Notes under the pieces: model-generated
Database searches by the model: none
The model's input: the letters and a program-made list of their open reading frames with translations, nothing else
Told to the model about the DNA's origin: nothing
DNA from: Candidatus Brocadiaceae bacterium
Lineage (GTDB): Bacteria; Planctomycetota; Brocadiia; SM23-32
Assembly: GCA_003551305.1 (NCBI GenBank)
Contig: PUMJ01000156.1
Coordinates: 27,325-91,324 of the forward strand
Length of the DNA stretch: 64,000 nt
Direction of reading: 5' to 3'
Program-made: the position numbers and the translations under genes
In this document: positions 15,899 through 26,667 of the stretch, piece after piece
Layout of the letters: the number at the start of each line of letters is the position of its first letter
How positions within the stretch are numbered: the stretch's first letter is position 1

Positions 15899-17410
15899 TC
15901 ACAGCAGGAGCCACACCGGCGAGGACCAGGCAAGCTGCCCTGCCGCCCCCTCGACCTTGACGTCGTAGAAGACAAACGGCCGCTCGCTGCGCGGCGCCTC
16001 GTTGATGCAGATGTTCTCCAACGGCTCCTCGTCCGTGAAGCTGAACTCCCCAAGCGGACCGGCAACCCGCTCCTCGGCCAGGACTTCGTTATTGCGGTGG
16101 AGCGTCACCCGGCCACCGGCGGGCGCGGCCAGCAGCGTCCGCACCTGGCGGCGCCGCCGCAGTTCGGCGTCCGCCTGGACCTCGGTGCCCATGGGCCGCC
16201 CGCTCACCGCCAGTTCCAGCACCGGCCGCCACCACGTGGTGGCGTAGCAGCGGCGCTCCAGCAGGGCGTCGAACAGCGACCCGCGTTCCAGCTCGTCGGC
16301 ATAGACGGCCGCCATGCCCTGGCAGTTCAGCCGGTGCTGGGCATAGTGGTAGTTCTCCGCGTTGACCGGATACGGCGTTCCGGGCATTGTGTGATGGGTG
16401 TCGCTGGAGCCTATGACCCCGTAGCGGTAGCCCAGTTCGAGTGCGTCCCGCCAGTAGGCGCGCCGGTCCGTCTTGCCGCCCTTCAGGTAGAGGTCATCGT
16501 GGCGTCCCTCCGAACTCCCCCACCAGGAGTACAGCTCCAGCACCGTCTCGCGTTCGGGGTTGTGATAGGGGTCCTCGAAGTCGCGGTACTTGCTGGCGCG
16601 GCCGGTGTGGTGGGGTATGCTCAGGTAAGGGACGCCCTGCTCATCGAGCCACTGCCAGAGCTGGTCCAGGGTGACCTGCGGGGTGCCGCCCTTCATGTCC
16701 TCGCGGTCCCGCCAGAAGTGGTCGGCCTCCTCGGCGCGGTAGTAGACGTTGTTGTCGCCGCCGTAGCCGCGGGCGTGGGAGGACTCGAAGCCGAGCAGGG
16801 GCACGAACTCGCCGGGCTCGTAGAAGTCGCGGACGCATTCCTTGAGGCGGCCCCAGTGGCTCTTGTCGCGGTGGATGCCGCGCAGGTGGTCGGCGGCGGC
16901 ACAGAAGTCCGTCAGCGCCACGTTGCGCCCGTACCAGTAGCCGAACTCGGGGCTCTTGCAGTTGTCCGGATGGCAGTTGCTGATCAGCGTGTGCACGTGG
17001 AGGTCGCCCCAGAAGAGGCGCGGCCCCCGGGCCCGGGCCAGCGCAGAGTTGCTGGTGGGGGGGCGTCCGGGGCAGCCCGGCGGGGTGGCCGTCACGTAGA
17101 AGGCCCCCTCCTTCTCCGCCACCAGCCCCTCGAGCCTTTTTCGCCCCATGTCGCCCGGGCCGAACTCGAGCGCCGCGGGCGCTCGGAGGGCCGCGTCGTT
17201 CGGCTCCAGGGGCACCCGGCCCGTCCAGTCCTCGGCCGGCATGCCCCGGGCGTCCATCATGACGGCCTTCAACGGGAAAGGCTCCCCCGGCCGGACCACG
17301 GACGGCAGGACGATGTGAAGGAAGTGCGACTCCGCGTCGAATCTGTCGGCAAACTCGCTGAACTCATCCCGGTACGACTCCATCGCAGCCATCCTCTGAG
17401 CAGAAGCCAT
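15899..17410 (-). CDS. DUF3604 family protein (PHP-like metal-dependent hydrolase fold)
   Basis: FWGDLHVHTLISNCHPD..., about 500 aa. Start placed at Met35 (MASAQRMAAMESYRDEF) of track ORF 15899..17512; the start is uncertain and no clear RBS was found. Confidence 0.55.
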   Translation of the reverse strand: MASAQRMAAMESYRDEFSEFADRFDAESHFLHIVLPSVVRPGEPFPLKAVMMDARGMPAEDWTGRVPLEPNDAALRAPAALEFGPGDMGRKRLEGLVAEKEGAFYVTATPPGCPGRPPTSNSALARARGPRLFWGDLHVHTLISNCHPDNCKSPEFGYWYGRNVALTDFCAAADHLRGIHRDKSHWGRLKECVRDFYEPGEFVPLLGFESSHARGYGGDNNVYYRAEEADHFWRDREDMKGGTPQVTLDQLWQWLDEQGVPYLSIPHHTGRASKYRDFEDPYHNPERETVLELYSWWGSSEGRHDDLYLKGGKTDRRAYWRDALELGYRYGVIGSSDTHHTMPGTPYPVNAENYHYAQHRLNCQGMAAVYADELERGSLFDALLERRCYATTWWRPVLELAVSGRPMGTEVQADAELRRRRQVRTLLAAPAGGRVTLHRNNEVLAEERVAGPLGEFSFTDEEPLENICINEAPRSERPFVFYDVKVEGAAGQLAWSSPVWLLL

Positions 17411-17567
17411 GGCAATACCTTTCGACAGCCGGCCGGCACATGGTAATAGGGTGTACCGCCTCGCGCAACGCGCGCTCGTCCGGCGCTTGACAAAAAGCTG
17501 CGCAAGCCCCATCCTTCACCGCTTCGACGCCCGCGCCGACTGCCCGTCCCCCACAGGAGACCACCAG

Positions 17568-18422
17568 GTGCTCGCGACATTCAGCGACATCACGCCCCTG
17601 CTCGAATCGAAACGCGTCTGCGTGCCCGCCCTGGACATCGGCGGCGGCCAGCCGGACTTCCTGCTGGGCGTGCTCAGGGCGTGCCAGGAGGCCCGCTGCC
17701 CCGCCGTCATGCTCATCTGGGGCCCGGCTGCACAGGACTACATGGGCCTGGACGCCGTCGCCGCTCTCACGGCCCATTACGCCCGCGACTCCGCCGTCCC
17801 CGTCGTGCTGCACCTGGACCACGGCACCGAGGAGTTGGTCAGGAAGGCGCTGGACGTCGGCTTCCGCAGCGTCATGTTCGACGGCTCGGACCTGCCCCTC
17901 GACCAGAACATCGCGCTCACCCGCCGCATGGCCGAGCTGGCCCATGACCACGGCGCCAGCATCGAGGGCGAACTGGGCAAGTTCGGACGCGAGCAGGCCG
18001 AACAGGCCGGCGACACGGCCCTGACGGACCCCGCCGAAGCGGAACGCTTTGTCCGCGAGACGGGGGTGGACATCCTCGCCCCCGCTGTGGGCAACGCGCA
18101 CGGTTTCTACAACGCGCCGCCCCGCCTGCGGTTCGAACTGATGGAAGAGATGACCACCCGCACCGGCGTGCCCCTCAGCCTGCACGGCGGCACCGGAATA
18201 CCCATGGGGGACGTGCGCCGCGCCGGGCGGCTGGGCATGCGCAAGATCAACATCGCCTCCCGGCTTCACCGCGATTTCGCCGAGGCCATGAAGCAGGCCA
18301 ACCGCGAGGTGGACGACCGCAAGTTCAGCTGGCGCAAGGCCCTCGGCGCGGGGCGCGAGGCCCTGCACCGGCGCGCGCTCGAATACATCCGCGACCTCGG
18401 CTGCGAGGGGCTCATACCATGA
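17568..18422 (+). CDS. class II ketose-bisphosphate aldolase (fructose/tagatose-1,6-bisphosphate aldolase family)
   Basis: GTG start 7 nt after AGGAGA; VLATFSDITPLLESKRVCVPALDIGG...VVLHLDHG...LHGGTGIP motifs; 284 aa. 4-nt overlap with the downstream kinase. Confidence 0.75.
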   Translation: MLATFSDITPLLESKRVCVPALDIGGGQPDFLLGVLRACQEARCPAVMLIWGPAAQDYMGLDAVAALTAHYARDSAVPVVLHLDHGTEELVRKALDVGFRSVMFDGSDLPLDQNIALTRRMAELAHDHGASIEGELGKFGREQAEQAGDTALTDPAEAERFVRETGVDILAPAVGNAHGFYNAPPRLRFELMEEMTTRTGVPLSLHGGTGIPMGDVRRAGRLGMRKINIASRLHRDFAEAMKQANREVDDRKFSWRKALGAGREALHRRALEYIRDLGCEGLIP

Positions 18423-19351
18423 CGGCGCTGCGGGGCAAAGTCGTCGGCATAGGGCTGGCCGTGCTGGACCTGCTGCTGCTGTGGGACGACATGGCCCGGC
18501 CTGTGGTGGAGGCCACCGTCACGGAGTGCGAGTTCCAGGGCGGCGGCATGGTGGCGACCGCCCTGGTGGCTGCCGCCCGGCTGGGGGCCCGGACGGAGTT
18601 CCGGGGCCGGGTGGGCGCCGACTGGATGGGCGAACTCATGCTGCAGGGTCTGCGCGAGGAGGATGTGGACGTAAGGCGCGTGCGGCAGCCCCCCGGCTCT
18701 TCGGGCCCACTCGCGGTCGTCTGCGTGGACGGAGACGGCGGCGAGAGGCACTTCAAGCGCTTCCTCAGGTCAGGACTCGGCGCCGAAGAACTCGAGGGGG
18801 CCGAGAACCTGGAGGGGGCGGGCTGCCTGCTGGTGGACGGAACCCTGCCCGAGGCCACTACGCGGGCCGCCCGCAGGGCGCGGGAGCTGGGCATACCGGT
18901 CGTAGCCGACTTCGGCGGCAACCTCGGCGGCGGGCGTCGCCGCCTCATGCAGTTCGTGGACCACGCCATCCTGGACGAACGGGCCATCGCCGGCCTGGCC
19001 ACGCAGGGCGGAGCGCGCGCCGCCTGCGAAGCCGCCCGGCAGATGGGGCCTCACCACGTGGCCATCACCCGCGGCGAACGGGGCGTGGCCTCCCTGGACG
19101 GGCAGACGTACCGCGAACTGGACGCCTTCTCCGTGGACGTGGTGGACACCACCGGGGCGGGGGACGTCTTCCACGGCGCCTTCTGCTACGGGCTGGTGGC
19201 CGGCTACGAGGTGGAGGCCAACCTCGTCTTCTCCTCGGCTGTCGCCGCGATGAAGTGCACGCGCCTGGGCGGTCGCGCCGGCATCCCGACGCTCCAGCAG
19301 GTCCGCGACTTCCTGCGGGAACGGGACATCGAACCGCCCGCCCTCCCCTGA
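18419..19351 (+). CDS. PfkB-family sugar kinase (ribokinase-like)
   Basis: VVGIGLAVLDLL...; C-terminal anion-hole motif DTTGAGDVFHGAF. Translationally coupled to the aldolase. Confidence 0.8.
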   Translation: MTALRGKVVGIGLAVLDLLLLWDDMARPVVEATVTECEFQGGGMVATALVAAARLGARTEFRGRVGADWMGELMLQGLREEDVDVRRVRQPPGSSGPLAVVCVDGDGGERHFKRFLRSGLGAEELEGAENLEGAGCLLVDGTLPEATTRAARRARELGIPVVADFGGNLGGGRRRLMQFVDHAILDERAIAGLATQGGARAACEAARQMGPHHVAITRGERGVASLDGQTYRELDAFSVDVVDTTGAGDVFHGAFCYGLVAGYEVEANLVFSSAVAAMKCTRLGGRAGIPTLQQVRDFLRERDIEPPALP

Positions 19352-19607
19352 CGGGCAGCCCCGATGCCGGTTTCTTTCATGCCCGGTTCGCCGCACGCCG
19401 AATGGAGGGCCTCTGCGATTGTGTGCGCCCGCATCCGGAACGACCTCCGCCCGGTCCTGCGGCCTCTGCGAGCGTCGAACCCGCCCGCCGGGTTGGAAAG
19501 CGTGCGTCGGGATTACCCCGTTCAAAGGCTCCGGGACCGGGACAGAACGCTCCTGTTTGGGGACTCCCGGAAGTCGCCCCGCGCCACGTCTGAGGCGGCC
19601 GCTCCGC

Positions 19608-20639
19608 TCAGCCGACCTCCAGGACGATCTTGCCGAACTGCTCGCCGGCTTCCAGGCGTCGGCTCGCCTCGCGCACATCGGCCAGCGGAAAGACGCTGTC
19701 AACCACGGGTTCGAACCGGCTGACCTCGATGGCGCAGAGCATGTCGTGCAGCTCGGCGTCGGAGCCGAGGGTGGAGCCCATCACGGTGAGCTGGTTCCAG
19801 TAGATCGCCTGCAGGTCGGTCGGGGCCTCGGCCCCGGTGGTGACGCCGCAGGTCACGACGCGGCCTCCCCGCCGCACCACCTGCAGGTCCACCGCCCAGG
19901 TGGCCGCGCCCACGGAGTCGAACACCACGTCCACGCCGCGTTCCCCGGCCAGTTGACGGACACGGGCCGCCAGGTCGCCCACGGAGCGGTAGTTGATCGT
20001 CTCGTCGGCGCCGAGTTCGCGGGCCCGGGCGAGCTTCTCGTCGGAGGAGGAAGTCACGACGGCGCGGGCCCCGGCCATCCGCACAAACTGCAGGGCGGCC
20101 AGCGCCACCCCGCCGCCGATGCCGTGTATCAGCACCGTCTCCCCCGGCCGGATGCGGGCCCGCGTGAACAGCATCCGCCAGGCGGTCAGGTAGGCGACGC
20201 CGAGGGCGGCGGCCGGCGCGAAGTCGAGGTGCTCCGGCACGGGCGCCACGCAGCGAGCGGGCACGGCGGTCTTCTCGGCGAAGGTGCCCGGCCTGTGCAT
20301 GCCGACGATGCCGAAGTCCCGGCACAGGCTGTGCCGCCCCTCCCGACAGAAGCGGCAATGCCCGCAGGCGAGCCCCGGGTTGACGATGACGGGCTCCCCC
20401 ACCTCGAGCCCGGCCACGCCCGGCCCGAGGGCGCTGACGAGACCGGCGGCGTCGCTGCCCGGCACATGGGGCCACTGCAGTTCCTGGCGCCCTCCCCGCC
20501 GGACCCAGATGTCCAGGTGGTTGAGCGCGGCGGCTTTCACGTCCACCAGCACTTCCCCGGCGGCGGGTTCCGGGTCGGGCACTTCCTCCAGTCGGATGAC
20601 GTCGGGTTCACCATGCTCGCGGATAACGGCGGCTTCCAT
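19608..20639 (-). CDS. zinc-binding alcohol dehydrogenase / MDR-family oxidoreductase
   Basis: GEVLVDVKAAALNHLD...GHCRFCREGRHSLC (structural Zn site)...GIGGGVALAALQ (NAD(P) binding). Confidence 0.8.
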   Translation of the reverse strand: MEAAVIREHGEPDVIRLEEVPDPEPAAGEVLVDVKAAALNHLDIWVRRGGRQELQWPHVPGSDAAGLVSALGPGVAGLEVGEPVIVNPGLACGHCRFCREGRHSLCRDFGIVGMHRPGTFAEKTAVPARCVAPVPEHLDFAPAAALGVAYLTAWRMLFTRARIRPGETVLIHGIGGGVALAALQFVRMAGARAVVTSSSDEKLARARELGADETINYRSVGDLAARVRQLAGERGVDVVFDSVGAATWAVDLQVVRRGGRVVTCGVTTGAEAPTDLQAIYWNQLTVMGSTLGSDAELHDMLCAIEVSRFEPVVDSVFPLADVREASRRLEAGEQFGKIVLEVG

Positions 20640-20819
20640 CGGCGCGGCCCTCCGGGTCAGAGATGAGCAAGAATGTAGCTGGTTGTTGCGAGGTAAGAGC
20701 TTTGCGATGAGGGCGGAGGCGTCCCTACCCCGTCGTCTTCTCGATCTGCTCCCTTCCCTGCAAGTCCGGTGAAGCGCCAGGGCTGCGCGCGGCAGATCGG
20801 GCGGCCCCCCTGTCGCGCT

Positions 20820-21905
20820 CTATTCGGATGACTTGAGCCCCCCTCCCGGCGTGCCGGGCACACCGGGCAGCTTCGTCAGGGGCGTCAGGCTGGCGTTCGG
20901 CCTATGGCCGAGCGCTTCCAGCAGGTTGCGCCCCAGGCGGCTGCGCACCTCCTCGGCGGTGTTCTCTTCATCCAGTGGGATGCGGCCGCCGGCCACCATG
21001 CCGTGGCCGCCGGCCAATTGCGTGCTGCCGACAACGCAGCAGACAAGCTGCCCGGCGCAGGCGTCCGGCTCCCGGGTGCGCAGGGACAGCACCAGCTCAC
21101 CACCATAGCAACCGGTGCAGAGCACCCACGTGATTCCCTGCACGTCCATCAGCATGTCGGCCATCTCCGCCACGGTTTCGGCGATGCTGACGTCGGGGAT
21201 GTGGCAGATGAGGACGTCTTCGAGGACGCCGGCGGCGCTGATGGCCTGCTGCAGGTCGGCGAAGAAGGCCGGCGTGCGGCGAGGGTGGTGCAGTCGGCCC
21301 AGCAGGGGCTGGTTCGAGACGGGGAACGCCTGCAGGTAGGCGGCGATGTCGGCCTCGGCGGCCTCCCGCCCCAGGTCCTGCGTCTCGCTGCTGATGCCGT
21401 AGCAGATGGCGGTGGCGAGGCGCGGGTCCAGTTCGAGGCCGGCGCTGACCAGGTACTCCGTCGCGATGGTGGTGACGGCGCCGTAGTCCGGCCGGATGTC
21501 CACCAGGCCGGCTTCGATTCCGGTGGGCTGCTCGTGATGGTCCAGCACGGCGACCACACGGGCGTCCGGCGGCAGGGAGTTGTTGCCGAAGCCGGGCTGG
21601 GTGTCCACCGTTATGAAGACGTCATCGTGGCGGAACTTGATATTACCCACTGACCAGAGGGGTATCTCCAGCGCCTCCACCATGTGGCGGTTTTCCGCCC
21701 GCCCGATCAGCCCCCCGTAGGCGATGCGGGGCCTGGCCGGGCCGAGCGCCGCGACCAGGAAGGAGAGGCAGAGCGCCCCGGCCATCGAGTCGGGGTCGGG
21801 ATTGTCGTGCGTGAAAATCAACACGCGCGGAGCGTCCTCGATCAGTTTCGTAAGGCTTTCTACCTGCCGGGCGCTGGAAGGGAGCTGCGGCCTGTCGTGG
21901 TGCAC
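20820..21905 (-). CDS. DHH-family phosphoesterase (NrnA-like nanoRNase/pAp phosphatase)
   Basis: THDNPDPDSMAGALCL..., VLDHHEQ (DHH motif), GGHGMVAGG (DHHA1-like). Confidence 0.7.
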   Translation of the reverse strand: MHHDRPQLPSSARQVESLTKLIEDAPRVLIFTHDNPDPDSMAGALCLSFLVAALGPARPRIAYGGLIGRAENRHMVEALEIPLWSVGNIKFRHDDVFITVDTQPGFGNNSLPPDARVVAVLDHHEQPTGIEAGLVDIRPDYGAVTTIATEYLVSAGLELDPRLATAICYGISSETQDLGREAAEADIAAYLQAFPVSNQPLLGRLHHPRRTPAFFADLQQAISAAGVLEDVLICHIPDVSIAETVAEMADMLMDVQGITWVLCTGCYGGELVLSLRTREPDACAGQLVCCVVGSTQLAGGHGMVAGGRIPLDEENTAEEVRSRLGRNLLEALGHRPNASLTPLTKLPGVPGTPGGGLKSSE

Positions 21906-21920
21906 TGGAATGCCTCCTTT

Positions 21921-22838
21921 TCATCCGCGGCACCGCCCCCCGGCGGCGCTCCTGCGGCTCTCCGAGGGTCGGTGCGTCAGGCTCACCGTGAACTTCTCGA
22001 CCATGTGATGGGGGTGGTAGCTCTCTTTGGCTTTGCGCAGGCCGGGGATGCCGAGGTCCTGTTCGCGGTTGACGAACTCGAACGCGCCCAGGCTCTCACG
22101 GCAGAACCACTGGTTTACCACCTGATAGAGGCCGTTGAAGCGACTCATGGCCTTCTCGAAGTGGACGACCGCCGTCTGCGGGTTCAGCCTCCCGCCGATG
22201 GTGTAGGCTTCCAGTCGGCCTTCAATGCGGACGGCCCCGCCCATCAGGTCGAGTTCCTTGTAGTGGAGCAGCGTCTGGCGGATGGCCCTGTACTCGGCGC
22301 ACAGGCCCCTGCGCTCCCGGCAGTTACGTTCGTCACACCATCGTTCCTGCAGTTCGGCAACCTCCTCCAGGATGTCCGGCGTTATCTCGCACCAGGAGCA
22401 GTCATGGGCGGCGAGGCACTGGTTGACCAGGTTCCGCTGGCGATGGTAGCGGTTGCCCGCCAGTTCGGCCAAATCTTCGCGCCGGTAAACGTAGTCGGCG
22501 TTGTCCCGGTCGGATTCGGGCTCGAAGCCTTCGGCCTCGAGGGCTTCGGCGGCGGGGGCCGGCAGCCGCTCCGCGCGAGAAACGTCGGCGCGGGCCAGCT
22601 CCTCCAGCAGCTCCGCCGGGGATGCCTCACCCAGGGGCGGCCCCAGCAGGGCCCGCCGGCCGTCCTGCTCGCTCAGGAAGACGAGGCAGCCCTGCGACTT
22701 GCCGAGCAGCACGGGCCGGTGGTGTCTCCAGGCGAACAGGTTTACAAAGGTGTGTTCCGATATCTCCGGCGGGTAGCGGCGCAGGCGGTCGCTGACGAGC
22801 GACAGGTGATCAAGCGAGATGGGTTCCCGGTCGGCCAT
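21921..22838 (-). CDS. DUF2156 domain protein (lysyl-phosphatidylglycerol synthetase C-terminal-domain-like)
   Basis: From Met62 of the track ORF (AAGGAG RBS): MADREPISLDHLSLVSDRLRRYPPEISEHTFVNLFAWRHH.... Confidence 0.5.
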   Translation of the reverse strand: MADREPISLDHLSLVSDRLRRYPPEISEHTFVNLFAWRHHRPVLLGKSQGCLVFLSEQDGRRALLGPPLGEASPAELLEELARADVSRAERLPAPAAEALEAEGFEPESDRDNADYVYRREDLAELAGNRYHRQRNLVNQCLAAHDCSWCEITPDILEEVAELQERWCDERNCRERRGLCAEYRAIRQTLLHYKELDLMGGAVRIEGRLEAYTIGGRLNPQTAVVHFEKAMSRFNGLYQVVNQWFCRESLGAFEFVNREQDLGIPGLRKAKESYHPHHMVEKFTVSLTHRPSESRRSAAGGRCRG

Positions 22839-22848
22839 GGGGGCTCCT

Positions 22849-24927
22849 TCAGCTATCAGACAACAGGGCGGCGAGTTGCTCCAGCAGTTGCTCGGGCGAG
22901 TGGACGGGCCGCTGACAGGCTCCCCCGGAGCAGAGATATGCGGCGGGGCGCCCGGCGGCCTCCTTGCCCTGCAGGATGGGGACTTCGGCGGCGGCCTGCT
23001 GCACCTGTCCCGGCGCGGCACCGGCCCGGGCCAGGTGCGGCATATAGTGCCGGTCGGCGGCCTTGCTGAGCGCGCCGGCGGGCGGCTCTATGAGCACGAG
23101 TTCGTGCGGCTCGGCCATGCGGCGCAGGACGGCCGAGAGCAGGTTGCCCGTGGCGGTCGGACTGCGCTCCATCAGGCCGGCCGTCCTCTCCAGCATCTGC
23201 TCGGCCAGTCCCGCTCCGCTTTCCTCGTAACCGAGCGCGCGCAGCCGCAGGAACACATGACAGGCCGCCGAGGCGCCGGAGGGGACGGGCTCGTCGTTCA
23301 GGTCAGTCCCCGTGCCCATTATCTTCTCGTGCGCGGGCCCTATCTCCCGCAATAGACCGCGGTCTTCGTCCCAGAAGTCTTCCACCATGCGGGCGGCGAG
23401 CCGGCGGGCCTGGCTCAGGTGATCGAGTTCGAACGTACACTCGTAGAGGTCCAGCAAGGCGCCCGCCATCAGCGCGCAGTCGGCGAGGAACGCCGGCACG
23501 CCGCAGGGGCCGTCGCGCCAGGCGTGTCCGAGGCGGCCTTCCCGGTCGGTGTTGCCCAGAACGAAGGCGGCCGCCTGCAGGGCCGCCTGCAGGTAGTCGG
23601 TCTCGGCCGTGGCACGGTAGAGCCGCGTCAGGGCGCTGACCGCCAGGCCGTTCCAGTCGGTCAGGACCTTTTCGTCCAGGGCGGGCGGCACGCGCCGGCG
23701 CCGTCTCTGGAGTAGTAGCTCCGAGGCTTCGGCTATGATCTCGCGCGCCTCATCCTCGCTGACGCCCTCGAGCTGGTCGGGCGGCACGGCGCGATAGAGG
23801 ACGTTGAGCCCTTCTTCCCAGTTGCCCTCGCGCGTGGCCCCGAAATGGCGGGCCACCACCGCCCCCTTCTCGCGTCCCAGGCAGTCCATCAACTCCCGCC
23901 AGGTCCATGCGTAGTAGCGGCCCTCGATGCCCTCGCTGTCGGCGTCCCGCGCGCAGCAGAAGGCGCCGTCGGGATGCCTCAACTCCTCCAGCATGCAGCG
24001 GGCCGCTGCCCGCGCGGTCTGCAGGTAGTCGGGGCGGTCGAACGCGCGGGACGCGTCGGCATAGAGGGCGGCGAGCTGGGCGTTATCGTAGAGCATCTTC
24101 TCGAAATGCGGCACACGCCACCACCGGTCCACGGCGTAGCGATGGAAGCCGCCCCCCACCTGGTCACAGAAGCCGCCGGCCTGCATGTTGTCCAGCGTCA
24201 TGGTCAGCATCAGGCGGGCTCGCTCGTCGCCGGTGGCGTGCCACAGCCGCAGCAGCCAGTCCAGCACGGGGCTCTGGGGGAACTTCTGCCCGGTGCCCAG
24301 GCCGCCGGCCTTCAGGTCGAACCGCGAGGCGATCTCGCGCAGGGCGCTCTCCAACAGGGCCGGGCCCAGGCCATCCTCGGGCGCCGGCGGCACCAGCTCC
24401 TCGCTGACGGCCTCGCGCACGTCCCCGGCGGTGGCGCTGACGTCCTCGCGGCGGTTGTCCCATGCCTCCCGCACGGACCTGAGCACGCGGGGAAAGCCGG
24501 GCCGCTCGCCGCGGTCCTCGGGCGGGAAGTAGGTGCCGCCGTAGAAAGGGACCAGCTCGGGCGTCAGAAACACCGTCAGGGGCCAGCCGCCCGAGCCGGT
24601 CATCATCTGCACCGCCCGCATGTAGACCCTGTCGAGGTCCGGCCTCTCCTCGCGGTCCACCTTGATGTTGACGAAGTTCTCGTTCATCAGGCGGGCGATC
24701 TCGGGGTCCTCGAAGCACTCCCGCTCCATCACGTGACACCAGTGGCAGGCCGAATAGCCGATGCTCAGCAGGATGGGTTTGTCCGCCTCGCGGGCCTTGT
24801 GGAGGGCCTCGGGGCCCCAGGGATACCAGTCCACGGGATTGTGGGCGTGCTGCCGCAGGTAGGGGCTGGCGCAGTCTATGAGGCGGTTGGGGGGCCGCGA
24901 CTCGCTGGTCCGGTCTTTATCGGTCAT
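22849..24927 (-). CDS. thioredoxin-domain protein YyaL (DUF255 N-terminus plus six-hairpin-glycosidase-like domain)
   Basis: [61 protein letters not shown] is the conserved YyaL/DUF255 N-terminus; 692 aa. Confidence 0.8.
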   Translation of the reverse strand: MTDKDRTSESRPPNRLIDCASPYLRQHAHNPVDWYPWGPEALHKAREADKPILLSIGYSACHWCHVMERECFEDPEIARLMNENFVNIKVDREERPDLDRVYMRAVQMMTGSGGWPLTVFLTPELVPFYGGTYFPPEDRGERPGFPRVLRSVREAWDNRREDVSATAGDVREAVSEELVPPAPEDGLGPALLESALREIASRFDLKAGGLGTGQKFPQSPVLDWLLRLWHATGDERARLMLTMTLDNMQAGGFCDQVGGGFHRYAVDRWWRVPHFEKMLYDNAQLAALYADASRAFDRPDYLQTARAAARCMLEELRHPDGAFCCARDADSEGIEGRYYAWTWRELMDCLGREKGAVVARHFGATREGNWEEGLNVLYRAVPPDQLEGVSEDEAREIIAEASELLLQRRRRRVPPALDEKVLTDWNGLAVSALTRLYRATAETDYLQAALQAAAFVLGNTDREGRLGHAWRDGPCGVPAFLADCALMAGALLDLYECTFELDHLSQARRLAARMVEDFWDEDRGLLREIGPAHEKIMGTGTDLNDEPVPSGASAACHVFLRLRALGYEESGAGLAEQMLERTAGLMERSPTATGNLLSAVLRRMAEPHELVLIEPPAGALSKAADRHYMPHLARAGAAPGQVQQAAAEVPILQGKEAAGRPAAYLCSGGACQRPVHSPEQLLEQLAALLSDS

Positions 24928-25616
24928 GACTCCTGCCCGTCTGCCCGCGTGGACTCGCGCAGTATCTGCACCGCCTCCCGGTCCGTCAGGTCTCGCCAGC
25001 GGCGGTAGAACGACGCCACCGCGAAGGGCCCCGGTCCCTGCGCCCTGAGGCAGTAGATTTCGTCCACCTCCGGTTCTATCCGGCGAAGCGTTCGTTCCGG
25101 GGCGGCCGGCGCCGCCACCGCCAAAGCGGCGGGGCCCGTGCGGCGCACCTCGCCCACGGCGGCCCGCATGGTGACTCCGCTGGCCAGCCCGTCATCCACC
25201 AGCACCACCCGGCGCCCCGTGAGGGATGCCCACGGCCGGACCTCCTCAAAGGCGTGCCCGCGTCTACGCAGATCCTCCAGCACCTCCTCCATTATGGCCT
25301 CGATCCGCTCCGGCGTCAGACCCGCCCGCTCAACCAGGGGCTCGTTCAGCACGAGTTCTCCTTCGAGCGTGACGGCGCCGAAACCGGCCTCCGGGGAGAC
25401 GGGCAGCGGCAGCTTGCGCACCAGGACCACGTCCAGCGGTGCCCCGAAGCGCTCGGCCACCGGGACGGCCACGGCCACGCCGCCGCTGGGCACGGCGATG
25501 ACGACCTCGGGCGAGGCCCCCTCGCGGTCCATGAACTCGGCCAGGGCCCGGCCGGCCTCGGCGCGGTCGTCGAAGTCAGGGCGCGGCCCGGCGACCATCT
25601 CCGCCACGTGATGCAT
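24924..25616 (-). CDS. phosphoribosyltransferase-family protein
   Basis: PRPP-binding motif [14 protein letters not shown]; 230 aa; 4-nt overlap with yyaL. Confidence 0.7.
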   Translation of the reverse strand: MHHVAEMVAGPRPDFDDRAEAGRALAEFMDREGASPEVVIAVPSGGVAVAVPVAERFGAPLDVVLVRKLPLPVSPEAGFGAVTLEGELVLNEPLVERAGLTPERIEAIMEEVLEDLRRRGHAFEEVRPWASLTGRRVVLVDDGLASGVTMRAAVGEVRRTGPAALAVAAPAAPERTLRRIEPEVDEIYCLRAQGPGPFAVASFYRRWRDLTDREAVQILRESTRADGQES

Positions 25617-25647
25617 CCTCGACTCCCCCTTTTCGTGAGCGCTCAGG

Positions 25648-26667
25648 TCAACCGAGTACGAGCGGCAGCCGCCGTCCGCACTCCGGGCACCGCGGTTCGG
25701 TGATGCCCACCTTCGGCCGGGCGAAACCCCTGCGCCGCACCAGCACTCGGCCGCAGTCCGGGCAGCGCGTGTTCTGGCCCTCGGCCGTCATCACGTTGCC
25801 CAGGTATATGTAGTGCAGGCCCGCCTCTCGACCGAGCTCGAACGCCCGCTCCATCGTCTCGATGGGCGTGGCGGGCAGCGCGGTCTCCTGGTAGTCGGGG
25901 CGAAACCGGGAAATGTGCCAGGGCATCTCGGGCGAGACGCCCGCGATAAAGCCGGCGATGCCGCGCAACTGCTCCTCCTCGTCGTTCTGTCCCGGCACCA
26001 CCAGCGTTGTCACCTCCACGTGGATGCCGGCTTCGTGCATGAGTCGGATGGCGTCCAGCACCGGCTGCAACTCCGCCCGGCAGAAGTGGCGGTAGAACTC
26101 ATCGCTGAACGCCTTCAGGTCCACGTTGGCGGCGTCTATGAGGCCGGCCATCGCCTCGACAGCCTCCGGCGACTGGTAGCCGTTGGTGACGAACACGTTC
26201 TTGAGGCCCTGCTCGCGCGCCAGCCTGGCGCAGTCGAGAGCGTACTCCATGAAGATCGTCGGCTCGGTGTAGGTGTAGGCGATGCTGGCGGCGCCCTCGC
26301 CCCGAGCACGCCGGACGACCTCCTCCGGTTCGACATACCCCAACGACTCGAAGGCCGGGCCGGCATCCACCTGGGAGATGCGCCAGTTCTGGCAGAACGA
26401 GCAGCGGAAGTTGCACCCGGGCGTGGCGATCGAGTAGGAACTTGTGCCGGGCAGCACGTGGTAGAGCGGTTTCTTCTCGATGGGGTCCAGTTGCTCGGCG
26501 ATCAGGCGGCCGTAAGTGTGCGTGTAGAGGTCGCCGCCCCGGTTCTGGCGCACGCGGCAGAACCCGCGTCCGCCCGGGGCGACGTGGCAGCGGTGGCTGC
26601 ACAGGTGACAGTCCACCTTCCCGTCGTCGGCCGCGCGGTAGAACCTGGCCTTGACGCCGCCCTTCAT
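25648..26667 (-). CDS. AmmeMemoRadiSam-system-type radical SAM enzyme
   Basis: From Met137 of track ORF 25648..27075 (ATGA overlap with tpx stop): KVDCHLCSHRCHVAPGGRGFCRVRQNRGGDLYTHTYG...DPIEKKPLYHVLPG...GCNFRCSFCQNW (CxxxCxxC). This is the conserved layout of that rSAM family. Confidence 0.75.
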   Translation of the reverse strand: MKGGVKARFYRAADDGKVDCHLCSHRCHVAPGGRGFCRVRQNRGGDLYTHTYGRLIAEQLDPIEKKPLYHVLPGTSSYSIATPGCNFRCSFCQNWRISQVDAGPAFESLGYVEPEEVVRRARGEGAASIAYTYTEPTIFMEYALDCARLAREQGLKNVFVTNGYQSPEAVEAMAGLIDAANVDLKAFSDEFYRHFCRAELQPVLDAIRLMHEAGIHVEVTTLVVPGQNDEEEQLRGIAGFIAGVSPEMPWHISRFRPDYQETALPATPIETMERAFELGREAGLHYIYLGNVMTAEGQNTRCPDCGRVLVRRRGFARPKVGITEPRCPECGRRLPLVLG

